Shown in pieces: positions 52,686 to 64,000 of a DNA stretch of 64,000 nt; positions within the stretch are counted from its first letter, which is position 1; each line of letters starts with the position of its first letter. Below the pieces are notes generated by a model, which searched no databases, was not told where the DNA came from, and saw nothing but the letters and a program-made list of their open reading frames with translations. Location: NCBI RefSeq assembly GCF_001194135.2, contig NC_068998.1, positions 39,619,085 through 39,683,084 on the forward strand, given 5' to 3'. The stretch comes from Octopus bimaculoides. Taxonomy: Eukaryota. A program made the position numbers and the translations under genes.

Positions 52686-53841
52686 ATATACAATTTGTTG
52701 AAAATAGTTGTAAATAAATGAGCGTCATATTTGACAAAGAAATCTGAATGCTAAAGGGTTAAAACAGGAAATAAAGGACACACTGGATAATATAGCTGTA
52801 GATAAATAAAAGAAAAGTCTTAGCTGGAAATGCATGTGAATATGGGTTCCTGAAGGATCAGGGCTGATCTGGGATAAGCAACAAGAGACAAAAGACCACT
52901 ACATAGATACATACACACAAAAATATGCACATGCAGACATACTGTATAAAGGACTGCTACAAGCACACACATATACACTTATAAATATATATATGTATAC
53001 ACATGAACACGTCAAGGTCACCAGCCCCCTTCCATATGCACATACACACTCACATACATGCGCACCTTTGTTNNNNNNNNNNNNNNNNNNNNNNNNNNNN
53101 NNNNNNNNNNNNNNNNNNNNNNNNNNNNNNNNNNNNNNNNNNNNNNNNNNNNNNNNNNNNNNNNNNNNNNNNGGCATCCACCCATAGGAACAATGCCAAA
53201 GCAGACTTTGGAGCATGATGTAGTCCTTTCGGTCATCAGATCCTGCCATGGTTAGGACAGTGATGACATTTTATACATGCAAACCAATTGTTGTTCATCA
53301 ATGTTATCTCCATTTTCTGTTTCTTTAAATTTTGAATCCTGATAAACTCCTGTTTATCCTTGGCTTTGCCTATAATTTATGAGCATAACATTTTGCCCAT
53401 GTTTAAATACAGGTAATATACCGGTAGTATTTTGGATACTTTTATCCTTTAGACAGTTATTTTAATCTCTAATATATATATATATAGGTTAGTAGAGTCA
53501 GTGGTTGGAATAACTGTCTAAGGGATAAGAATATCCGAATATCCGTTTTACTACCGGTATAAATTATCTATGTTAATCCTGGGCATACATATGTAAGTAT
53601 ATTATGCATGCAGGCATCCATCCATACATGGTAAAGGGGAGTAAATCACAACTTTGAAGTTACTGCTATTCTTTTCCTTGAAAAAAGTCTAAGTAACATA
53701 CTCGATTTAAATGTATTGAGTAATCCTTCAGTTTAATGGTAAACTGTTTGTGTATATAAGATGACACATTGATATCTCTCTCTGAGATATATATATATAT
53801 ATATATACTTTATTTAAAAGCAGCAGAAATATAACAAAAAA

Positions 53842-53883
53842 AACGCTACTCTGAGTTTCACGTTCCCGTTCATCGGACAGTTT
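53842..53883 (-). ncRNA. Minimal hammerhead motif, left arm of palindrome (minus strand)
   Basis: Reverse complement reads aactgt-CCGATGA-ACG(ggaa)CGT-GAAA-CTCAGAG-TA-gcgttt. Confidence 0.6.
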
Positions 53884-53889
53884 TGTTAG

Positions 53890-53930
53890 AATGTCCGATG
53901 AACGGGAACGTGAAACTCAGAGTAACGGTT
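53890..53930 (+). ncRNA. Minimal hammerhead motif (U4C variant), right arm of palindrome
   Basis: aatgt-CCGATGA-ACG(ggaa)CGT-GAAA-CTCAGAG-TA-acggtt; stem I only partly paired in this copy. Confidence 0.65.
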
Positions 53931-54033
53931 TTTTTGTTATATTTCTGCTGCTTTTAAATAAAGCATATTACTCTACCTCTGGTATTTGAGTACTCTTTTT
54001 TCCACCTTGTTGCACATTTCATGTGCTTACTCC

Positions 54034-54067
<34 letters not shown>

Positions 54068-55466
54068 AGAGAGAGGAGTGGAAAGAGAACACAAAACAAT
54101 GAGGAGAGAGTGAAAGAGAGAGGTCAGTCAACAGATGAGAGTGAATGGATAGGTGTGGATGGGTGTATATATGTGAGTGCATGAAAGAGATTTCAGGTGA
54201 AGGATAACAGAGAATGAAAGTTGATAGAAATTTCCTTATAAAGAAAACAAAACAAAACAATAGGTCTGTCAGCTTGATGAATATAATTCTCCATTCTCCA
54301 TTACTGGAGATGACTAAAACACAAGTTAATTAGATACAGCTGGTAATTAAGGAGGAAACAACACATCGCTTATTCTCTGAAGAGTTGAAAAGAGATTCTA
54401 ATTAACTGATTAAACAAGACCATCCTCATAACAATAATCTTGCAATGTACCTACGCCCCGTGCCGTGCCAGCTGGAATGACTAAGCCTCAACGAGCCAAC
54501 ATGGAAGTTTCTTTGTGCTTGATCAATCTACTAGAAATAGCAATTCAATCTTTCATATCCCACTGTAACTAGCATCTAGGGGAAAAGGAAGGACATTGTG
54601 GGTGATGTATAAATACGTCTATTCAATGAAGAATTACCTGAGGTTAAACAATAACAATGGCAACAACCAGGCAGTGCCCCAGCATGGCCGCAGTCTGTTT
54701 TTTTACCTCATCTCTTGTGTCTTTCTTATTTTTGCACCATATATTATTTTACAGCTGGATATCCATCTTGTCACTAACTCTTACCTGTTTTTCAAATAAT
54801 GGATCTCTTAATTTACATGTTTTCAAAGGCACAAAGTGAACAGGTAATCTTTTGACAGAAGTGATAATAGTTTGCAACTTTCATAGAGCACAAATGTTAA
54901 CACATATGCTGGTGCACATACATATGTATTTGTCAAGTTTCTATCAATTTCTTCACATAACTTCATAAATTGCCAACAGGGGGCTCAAGTTGACAGTGTC
55001 TTGCATAGAGTCTGGGCTGGCACTGTTGGTGTCTGTGACAACAGTACCTGTGAAGAACAGACAAACACACATATCCCCTCACCTCCACTTGTTGTTATAA
55101 TTGACAAATTACATTTAATCCATGCTAGCAGGGGGAAAAAATTAACAAAGGGAGATATATAATGTATGTATGTATGCATGCACGGATGCATACATGTACA
55201 AGTACAGGAGTAGCTATATGTTAAGAAGTTTGTTTCCCAACCAATAGTTTTGGGTTCAATTGCACTGCTTGGCACCTTGGGCAAGTTCCTTCTATTATAT
55301 CTCCAGGGCAACCAAAGCCTTGTGAATGGATTTGGTGGACAGAAACTAGAAGAAGCCTATCCATTATTCTTAAAAGTGCTTAAGAATAAACAAAAGAGTA
55401 TTTGCTATTGGTGTATCTCTATTCGTCAGACAAGGCAATAAGTAAAATTTAAAATTGCAATCAACT

Positions 55467-55500
<34 letters not shown>

Positions 55501-55725
55501 TACATATACATATATGTATTATTTATTAAAAGCAATTAAGTTAATGTCTGGTCATAGAGTGACCAGTGGCTTTGCATCCACAAAGTCCTTAGTCTCGCGG
55601 ATGTCTTGTTAGACTCTAAAACCAAAGACAAATGTAATTCTTCACCTCTGAGAGGCAGGAATTTATTACAATCATTTGGTCAGTTGATCACCAAAAAATA
55701 AAAAGTCCAGAGTCAGTGAGGACGG

Positions 55726-55772
<47 letters not shown>

Positions 55773-56263
55773 TGAGTGTTTGGATACGTAGGTTAATAAT
55801 ATCACATATGTGCATATACGTTTCTAAAAGTGGGTTAATATGTGTGGTTGTATGTGTGTGTGTTCATGAGGGCTTTTGAAATGTTAACATCAATTCATAT
55901 ATTCTTCAAATGAGTGAGATTGTGAATGCATTTTGTGTGTGTGTGTGTGTGTGCGCACCTTGATATGCATAGACATGAGTGTACACATCCTTACATTATC
56001 ATCGTTTAACATCCATTTTCCATGCATGCATGGGTAGGATGGTTGACAGGAGCCAGCCAGGTAGAAAAACTACCCTAGGCTACTGTGTCTGTGTTGGCAG
56101 GGATTTTACGGCTGGATGCCCTTCCTTACTCCAACCATTCCTTTTACATGGCACTAGCACAGGTGATGTTAGTTTTGGCATGATTTTTACAGCTGGATGT
56201 CCTTATATATATATGTGTGTGTGTGTATATGTGTATGTTTATATAGCTATATATATACATATA

Positions 56264-56300
<37 letters not shown>

Positions 56301-56755
56301 GCATATATAAATGTATGAAGGTATATATATATAAATATGTGTGTATATACATATAGAAGATGAAGAGTTTAGGTTAACGGTAACCCAAACTAATAGGTAT
56401 GTGGTCTGAGTGCTCCAACTGATAAGCTACTAGGATCCAAGTTCACAAAGGGGCTGGAGTTGTGGTAGCCACTGTTCAGTTGGGAAAGAACCAGTGAGCC
56501 ATAGCTTACCTTAGAGTCAGTAGGTATAAAATTTTCCTGCCCACATATTCTCTCACTTATACGCCTTATATTTTGTCTTTGATACAGAACACCCAGTATA
56601 TGGAAATGTAGATCAATATAATGATATCCCAGAAACATCTGTAAGACACTATTATTTTATTTTTACTTACTTCGCTTCAGCATTAATTTAAATGAACTAA
56701 AAAGCTTGTCCTGCCTTGATTAATTGTTTTCCTCTTCTTTAAATATATATATGTA

Positions 56756-56787
<32 letters not shown>

Positions 56788-57394
56788 AATGCCCTGGCAC
56801 ACCTCACACACATTCTCATGCTTACATGCACACATCTTCACATGTGTATATTATGTATATCTGAGTATATACATGATTGTGTGTGTATGTGTGTACACAC
56901 AAATGTAATCTGTCCATCATGGAAGCTTTCATCTCTCCTTCATCAATGGCTGTGTAGAAACATGTCCAGCCTGTGTTTCTGTTGCTAAGCAAACTTATTA
57001 CTATTTCTCTTTTATTTTAGCTAAAGAGCCGCAGTATTTAATGTCATCCTTTCTTTCACATGAAGTATGAATTACAAGCGCCACCTAGTTAATAGAACCA
57101 GGATATCAGCCCAGTTTGTACTCATTAGTTGTCGATAATTAAGCCTAGTTAGTTAGTTTCTTGTTTCATTCCATTGCGTCAATTATCATAAAATCGACTG
57201 CAATTTCTTAAGCAGGGAAAAAGAACATATAATGCTGGTTGTAATGATGTTGTTGATAATGATGCTGGTGATGATAATGACACAGTTTTTGCAAGGTTCA
57301 ACTCCAATTTTCCATACATAAATATTTGTTAAATAATAATAATAATCATTATCAATATTATTATTATTATTATCATTATTATTTATTATTATTA

Positions 57395-57606
57395 AGGTGG
57401 CAGACTATCAGAATTGATAGCATGCTAGGCTTAGTGGCATTTCATCCAGCTTTACATGCAAATTCCACTGAGGTCGACTTTGCATTTCATCCTTTTAAGG
57501 TTGATAAAATAAATACCAGTTGAGTACTGGAGTTGATGTAATCAATGAGCCCTTTCTCCTGAAATTGCTGGCTTTGTGCCAATATTTGAAACCATTATTA
57601 TTATTA

Positions 57607-57639
<33 letters not shown>

Positions 57640-58000
57640 GGAGTTGTGCTGGCAGAATTGTTAGTACATGGGACAAAATGCTTAGCGGCATCTTTTTCAG
57701 CTCTTCACACTCTGAGTTCAAATTCTGCCTTTCATCCTTTCAGGATTGATTAAATAAATGCTAGGAGTTGATGTAATCAACTTACCCCTCCCCTCAAAAT
57801 TACGAATAATTATTGCTTATTCTTAAACAATTGGAGAATTGCTGAAACTGTTAGCATGTTGGATATAAGACTTAGTGGTATTTGCTTCATCTTTATGTTC
57901 TGAGTTCAAATTCTGCCAAAGTTGACTTTGCCTTCTGTCCTTTCAGGGTCAATGAAATAAGTACCAGTTAAGCATTGGGAGGTCAATGTAATCAACTATG
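57395..58000 (+). mobile_element. Three tandem family B SINEs in (TTA)n
   Basis: Three head-to-tail copies with TTA-rich spacers; other copies at about 28055-28240, 29245-29815, 43453-43652 and 47305-47532. Confidence 0.8.
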
Positions 58001-58424
58001 GTAGAACATAAGATCAAATACCATCCAGTACTCAAGCAAAACTCTTTATATTCTAAGTTGAAATCCTACTTGAATCCACTTTACATTTTCTACATCTCTC
58101 AACCAGGATTTGCAAGAGGATGTCCATAAAACAATTATCAGTTGAATATTATAACTGACTTATCACTTCCAGATTCATGCTCCTCTGTAATACTAGAATT
58201 GGATTAATACATTGCACCTACCAAATCCACTCACAAGACTTTAGTCAGACCCATGATCATTAGAAGACACTTGCACAAGTACTGTATAGTGGACGTTTTA
58301 ACCACACAACAATGCCTCTAGATACAAGTTCTGTAAATCTCCAGTAAACGAGTCCCGTAAATCTCAAGTTAAATCTCCAACAGTTTCAATGATGAGTACT
58401 CAATAACTCAATGAACTTATTGAT

Positions 58425-58429
58425 TTGCT

Positions 58430-58475
<46 letters not shown>

Positions 58476-58800
58476 TATATATGCATATATATATATATAC
58501 AAATATACATATATACATACACATATATACATATATACATACACATATATACATATACACATATACACACATATATATACATATACACATATACATATAC
58601 ACACACATATATATATATACATATACACATATATACATATATATATACACATATATACATATACATATATGCATATATACTTATAGATATATATACATAT
58701 ACACATATATACATATACACACACATATATACACACATATATATATATACACATACATACACACATATATATATACACACACACATATATATATATATAA
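58425..58800. repeat. Compound (TA)/(CA) microsatellite
   Basis: Direct inspection. Confidence 0.95.
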
Positions 58801-59875
58801 ATAAAAGAATAAAAGATTTCACAGAAAGTCAACAGATGGAAAAAATACACAAAAGACGTGGACATGCTCATCCCTCATCAGTTATTGACCAAAAAATCAT
58901 TACAATTTCATACTATTATTAATATGATGGGCTTCTTTCAGTTTCTTTTCTACTAAGTCTACTCACAAAGCTTTGGTCAGCCCAGGGTTATTGTAGAAGA
59001 CACTTGTTTAAGGTTTCATGAACTAGGACTAAAACCAGAATCATGTGGTTGGGAAACAAGCTTCTTAACCACACAGCCAATCGTGTGTCTACACACACAC
59101 ACACACACACACACTGTATATGCTATGCTAGCATATATATGTTCTCACTACATAAATAAATGAAGTTTGTATGAAACGTACGTACTGCTATAACCTAATA
59201 CATTTTTGTTGCTTTTCTTTAAATTTAATTCACCAAATCTCTTGATTTTGTTTTTGGTTTTTACCCTACCAAATTCTGGTGCCACAAACATTTTAAGTAC
59301 CACATTTAATCTTTTGATTAAATCTATATTATTATAACATATATGCTATATAGAAATAACGATATTGTGTTAGTACTCAGAATATTTTGATCTTTAGATA
59401 AGCTTGCATCATATTGGTAGCAATATTTTTTGATTGCCATTAATTACCATCCACTTCAACTAATTTTTTAAACCCCTTTTGGTAATTTAGTGTATTTTAG
59501 GTGACATCTAATTGGAGCTTTGTTTTTTTCCTAATCACTGAAAAATTTATCCCATTTGGTGAACACTGTAATGAAGTCTTATCGGTTATGAATAGTAAAA
59601 AGTAAAACCTCTCCTCACTCCCACAGAATAATCAACTTTTTTTCTTTTTGTCTTTTATCTTTTACTTGTTTCAGTCAATGAAATACAGTCAAGAAAAATA
59701 GAATGAAAAGTCTTTTATATTTTGAAGTATCACAGAAGATTCACAATAAAAAATGACATAAGTTGCTAGTTTCATCATTAAAAATAAGTTTCTATCATTT
59801 TTACCAGGGATTCTTCTGTGACACTTCAACAATGGATCTGCTGACACTAACATTTACTATGCATTTCCTTAATCT

Positions 59876-60220
59876 TTAATCACCATGAGTGATATCCAAA
59901 ATACAGTGGAGAAGGCTAGCCACTGGATTTGGTTAAAAAGAGACGATGAGCGATGGCTAGAGAAATATTGAGCTTTGTTTTAATAACCAGTTGATCTAGC
60001 AAGCGGGGCCTCATATCAGTGAGGGGGGACCATTGCGCATTGATGCTGTCGAGAGGTAGGCCCCAAAACGGCGCGCATTCTCTCCTGATGACCCCATACA
60101 CTTGCTGGCTTCCGGTATGCGGAGTTTTCGACTGGTAGCACTTGCATGTGCGAGTTGTTTGCAAGACATCATGGATCTACCAACCAATATCATTGTTTAG
60201 TTTAGACACGCCTTAACCTC
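59876..60220 (+). mobile_element. 5'-truncated 3' end of a REL-type (HERO/NeSL-like) non-LTR retrotransposon
   Basis: 59885-59971 encodes MSDIQNTVEKASHWIWLKRDDERWLEKY*, resembling the recalled AEKASxWxWLKR C-terminus of HERO-like ORFs; followed by a CpG-rich, structured putative 3' UTR. Confidence 0.6.
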
Positions 60221-60945
60221 TCAATACCAGTGGTAACTAATAATATCCTGGATTAAAGATATTCCTTATTCCTCTTTCTCTTCAATGACAGAATACCTAG
60301 CCAACATAGAAATCTTTACTCAATAATATAAAAGCAACATGTTTAGCTATTCTAGAAACAATTGTAAGAGACCTTACCTATTTACTATATCTACTCCACA
60401 CTATATTTAAATTATAAATCAAATGCTTCAAAGTGATGCCATATGTTTTGCATGTTCATTCTCTATTTTTTATCTATCTATATATGTGGATACACAAACA
60501 CACACAGATTCCGCACAGTTTTTATAAATTAAATTTCAATCACAAGCAATCGGCCAACACAAGGCTGTAATAAGTGTTCAAAGTGCTGCACAGTGGAACT
60601 GAACCCAAAATCATTTAGTTATCCACACAGCTATGTGTGCTAACTTGTGTGTGTCTGTAAGGACAATGAAAGTTAAGATGACTGTTTCAACATCAATTGA
60701 CTGTGTGACTGTTGTATCCCAATATAGTCTTATAGTAAACCTTAATTATGAGACACATGCATGCACACACACACACACACACACACATGTGCACCTTTTG
60801 TATCAATTTTCTCAGAGCATATGACTAAAACTATGATTCATGTTAGGACTGGTTATGGTAGAGCACACACCCTGATAGTCATAGCTGTTAAGGTGGTGTA
60901 CATTCATATGCATAAATACATAGACACATGCACACATACATACAT

Positions 60946-60990
<45 letters not shown>

Positions 60991-61080
60991 NNNNNNNNNN
61001 NNNNNNNNNNNNNNNNNNNNNNNNNNNNNNNNNNNNNNNNNNNNNNNNNNNNNNNNNNNNNNNNNNNNNNNNNNNNNNNN

Positions 61081-61122
<42 letters not shown>

Positions 61123-61369
61123 GGTTAGATTTTATATATTTATACTAGATTGATTGTCTTCACTTCCTTTTGTTCTCTAGAAAAATTAATAGGTCACCTA
61201 TAAGGTAAATCTGATTAAATATTCAACCAGCTCCCTTTCTGGTTGAATATATAACCAGAGAAGGACGGGCAAACACTAGAATTGCGAGGTTATGAAGGTG
61301 CACACTGAGAACTGGGTTGTGTGGATTAGTGAGAAAACAATTAGTACAGGCTGTAAGTTTGAGGACACA

Positions 61370-61810
61370 TCTGAACTGGCTGGAATATGTAAGAGACACA
61401 CAGCCGGTATTGGCTATAAAATTACACAACTGAGATTGGCTCGAGGAGACACAGCTAAAAGTAGCTGGAAGATGGAAGAGACATGCAGCTGAAACAGACT
61501 AGAAGGCAGAAGAGGCATAACGGCTGGTACTGAACAAAGAATGCACAACTGGGACTGGTTGGACAAGACAGCTCAAACTGGCTGGGAGATGGGGCATAGA
61601 AAACAGTAACTGGTCAGAAACTGGAGACGACACAGGTAGAAATGGTTGGAGGATAAAGGAAATAACTGGAACTTCCTGGAGATCGGAACTACATGTAGAA
61701 TTGACTGTAAACTGGAGGAGACAGCACTAAAACTGGTTGTAGGCTGGAGGAGTCAGTGCTAGGCTAGAAGATTGGCAACTGCAACAGGTTGAAAGAGACA
61801 CAGCTCTGTT
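61370..61810. repeat. Highly degenerate ~30-bp minisatellite
   Basis: Recurrent GAGACACAGC and AACTGG..GGA motifs at roughly 30-bp spacing. Confidence 0.6.
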
Positions 61811-62076
61811 GAAATTTAGGCAGCAGGATGTCTGTGAACAGACTGGTGCTTTATTGATATGGTACCATGTGGTTCAACTCAGGCTTCAATATATTTCAAA
61901 TGTTTATCCTCAGTCAGCCCTAATCTAGAGAGACCCTATGGTCAAATTAGTTTCAGCTGTAACCATTTCATCTTTTATTTATACATAGTATACCTACAAT
62001 GATATTGTTTATTGTGTCCTTCCTTCTTTGAGAGATGCTACAAGGTGATTCAAGGGAAATTTAGCTGTTATTTCTT

Positions 62077-62237
62077 GCGCAGAAGTGGCTGAGTGGTAAG
62101 TAGCTTGCTTACCAACCACATGGTTCCGGGTTCATTCCCACTGATTGGCACCTTGGGCAAGTGTCTTCTACTATAGCCTCGGGCCGTCCAAAGCCTTGTG
62201 AGTGGATTTGGTAGACAGAAACTGAAAGAAGCCTGTC

Positions 62238-62270
<33 letters not shown>

Positions 62271-62486
62271 CATATGTGTTTGTGTGTCTGTGTTTGTTCC
62301 CCCCAACATCGCTTGACAACCGATGGTGGTGTGTTTACGTCCCCCGTAAGTTAGCGGTTTGGCAAAACGGACCCATAGAAAATAAGTATTAGGCATCCAA
62401 AGAATAAGTCCTGGGGTCGATTTATTCGACTAAAGGTGGTGCTCCAGCATGGCCGCAGTCAAATGACTGAAACAAGTAAAAGAGTA
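62077..62486 (+). mobile_element. Family A SINE, full length
   Basis: Colinear with 3035-3443. Further partial copies at about 21-175, 5545-5700, 9310-9455, 35040-35285, 36155-36660, 50465-50700, 55205-55350 and 58930-59080. Confidence 0.9.
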
Positions 62487-63049
62487 AGTCAAGTGACTTT
62501 GTACAGGATTCTCTCAATTGCTCGCATATTTTAGTCATCTGCGCTAAGGACATGTAATAGATATGGATGATGGTTGGTGTGGGTTGGATGAGGTGTGCTG
62601 TTACAATCTTTGAAGGTAAAATATAACAAGGTCAGAGGTAAGAGGAGGGAGTCCCACAATAATAAGTAATTGGATCGGATGTTGGGATGTTTAGCAGAAT
62701 GGATAAACCTGATATAAACCTGATGATTCAATTAGACGTTTGGAGATGATTGATAACAACAAATGACTCTTTTGGACACTGTTAGAGGCAACAGATGTGA
62801 ATGCAATAATAATAATGTTGGTGATGATGTGTTTTTTTTTTAACTTTGTACGTAGCAAAAATACTGTGATACAGATTTCAGTTATTGATATTGTAGATTG
62901 AGTTTGTATATTATCTATGCACATACGTGCATAGATACATTAGTTTCTTTTTATAACTTTGACAGAAGGAAAGTTAGTGCCAATGATACCAGTTACTATT
63001 TCCAGGGTCTCTGAGATGAGTGGGAGGGAGGCACGAAGATATACATAAC

Positions 63050-63740
63050 CCTTTTTATAACCATATTTCTGTTGAAATACACTGCCTTTGTTTCAATTAA
63101 CTTTGAAAATAATGAAGAATTTTGTAAAAATAACTTTGTCGTTATTAAGTTAGTTTTTGAAACATAAATTAACATGAAATTTTGATGGGAAACTTCAATT
63201 TAGATTACATCAATCTTTTTGATGCCAACCCTCTTGAGACTGTCCCTAGCTCTTTTGTTACCACTTTTCTGTTGAAATGTGCAACCTTTGTTTCAAATAA
63301 TTTTGAAAATAATGAAAAATTTAATGAAATAACTTTGTTATTGTTAAGTTGGTGTCTGAAATAAAATATAAAATTCTGATGGGACTTTAAAACAAGATTC
63401 TGTTGACATAGGACCAGAGACAGTTTCAGGTAGGTTGATATCAAAAAGGTTAAAGTGGAAACTTAAAGTTGTTTCTTCAGCCAAAGAAAGAGAAAGACTG
63501 GATTGTATGGTGGTGTTAAACTATAAAGTGGATTGAACTGTTTGACACCAACTTCCTGTCTCAGACTGTTCCTGGTTCTATGATGCAAACATCCTGTTTT
63601 AAACCAATCTAAATTAAAACTTTCCACCAAGATGTTAATTTATGTTTCAAACATCAGCTTAGTAAATGACAACATTATTTTACAAAGTTCTTCATTATTT
63701 TCAAAATTAATTAAAATAAAGACACTGTATCACTCCAGAA
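63050..63740. repeat. Same AT-rich modular repeat, direct and inverted units
   Basis: Two plus units (63050-63390), an AAAAGG-TTAA end at ~63450 and a minus unit at ~63600-63730. Confidence 0.65.
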
Positions 63741-64000
63741 TTATGTCAATAAATGGATTAAATCTGTCTTCAGAGTAGGTAATAATGAGATTTGAACTCA
63801 GAATGCAAATAGTCAGAACAAATACTACTGGTCATCTTGCCTGATGCTGTAACAATTCCACCAGTCCACTGTCTTTGAATAATACTTTATTACATTGACC
63901 TCAGAAGGATGAAAGAGCAAAACTGACTTTGGCAGAATTTGAAATCAAAATGCTAAGAGTCATACATGTGTATGTATACACACACACACACACACACACA

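Larger units (their letters stand above)
52080..52758. mobile_element. piggyBac-type MITE split by the hammerhead fold-back element
   Basis: Left part 52080-52195 and right part ~52690-52758 ending CTAAAGGG-TTAA. Confidence 0.75.
53808..54034. mobile_element. Palindromic PLE-like element with back-to-back hammerheads, inside (TA)n
   Basis: Inverted repeat 53808-53963 plus a unique tail to ~54034; (TA)n on both sides; related copy at 41205-41415. Confidence 0.75.

Noticed and set aside
59155-59195. GAAACGTACGTAC palindrome resembling hammerhead stem III
   Set aside because: No upstream CUGANGA box and no adjacent stem I.
60030-60130. CTGATGA as a canonical hammerhead
   Set aside because: No GAAA box after the putative stem II (AGTTTT instead); kept only as a structured 3' UTR.

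Overview
AT-rich, extremely repeat-dense eukaryotic DNA from a gapped short-read assembly (7 N-runs, five of them flanked by (TA)n/(GA)n). The SINE and LINE-tail families resemble those I recall from octopus genomes; this organism call is recognition from memory, not a database search. No protein-coding gene can be called with confidence, and nearly all ORFs in the supplied track are microsatellite or SINE artefacts; a few candidate small exons are flagged. No CRISPR array, rRNA or true tRNA gene was seen. Content: many tRNA-head SINEs of several families, RTE-like 3' tails, three decayed maT/DD37D Tc1-mariner copies, TTAA piggyBac-type MITEs, a mariner MITE, an 8-bp-TSD GG-ended MITE, a Helentron-type HINE and the 3' end of a probable HERO/NeSL-like retrotransposon. 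The most notable signal is a set of minimal type-I hammerhead ribozyme motifs, intact or decayed, from about six unrelated non-coding elements. Several have palindromic stem III, many sit in fold-back inverted repeats and several are embedded in (TA)n arrays, which is the architecture of Penelope-like element pLTRs or retrozymes.
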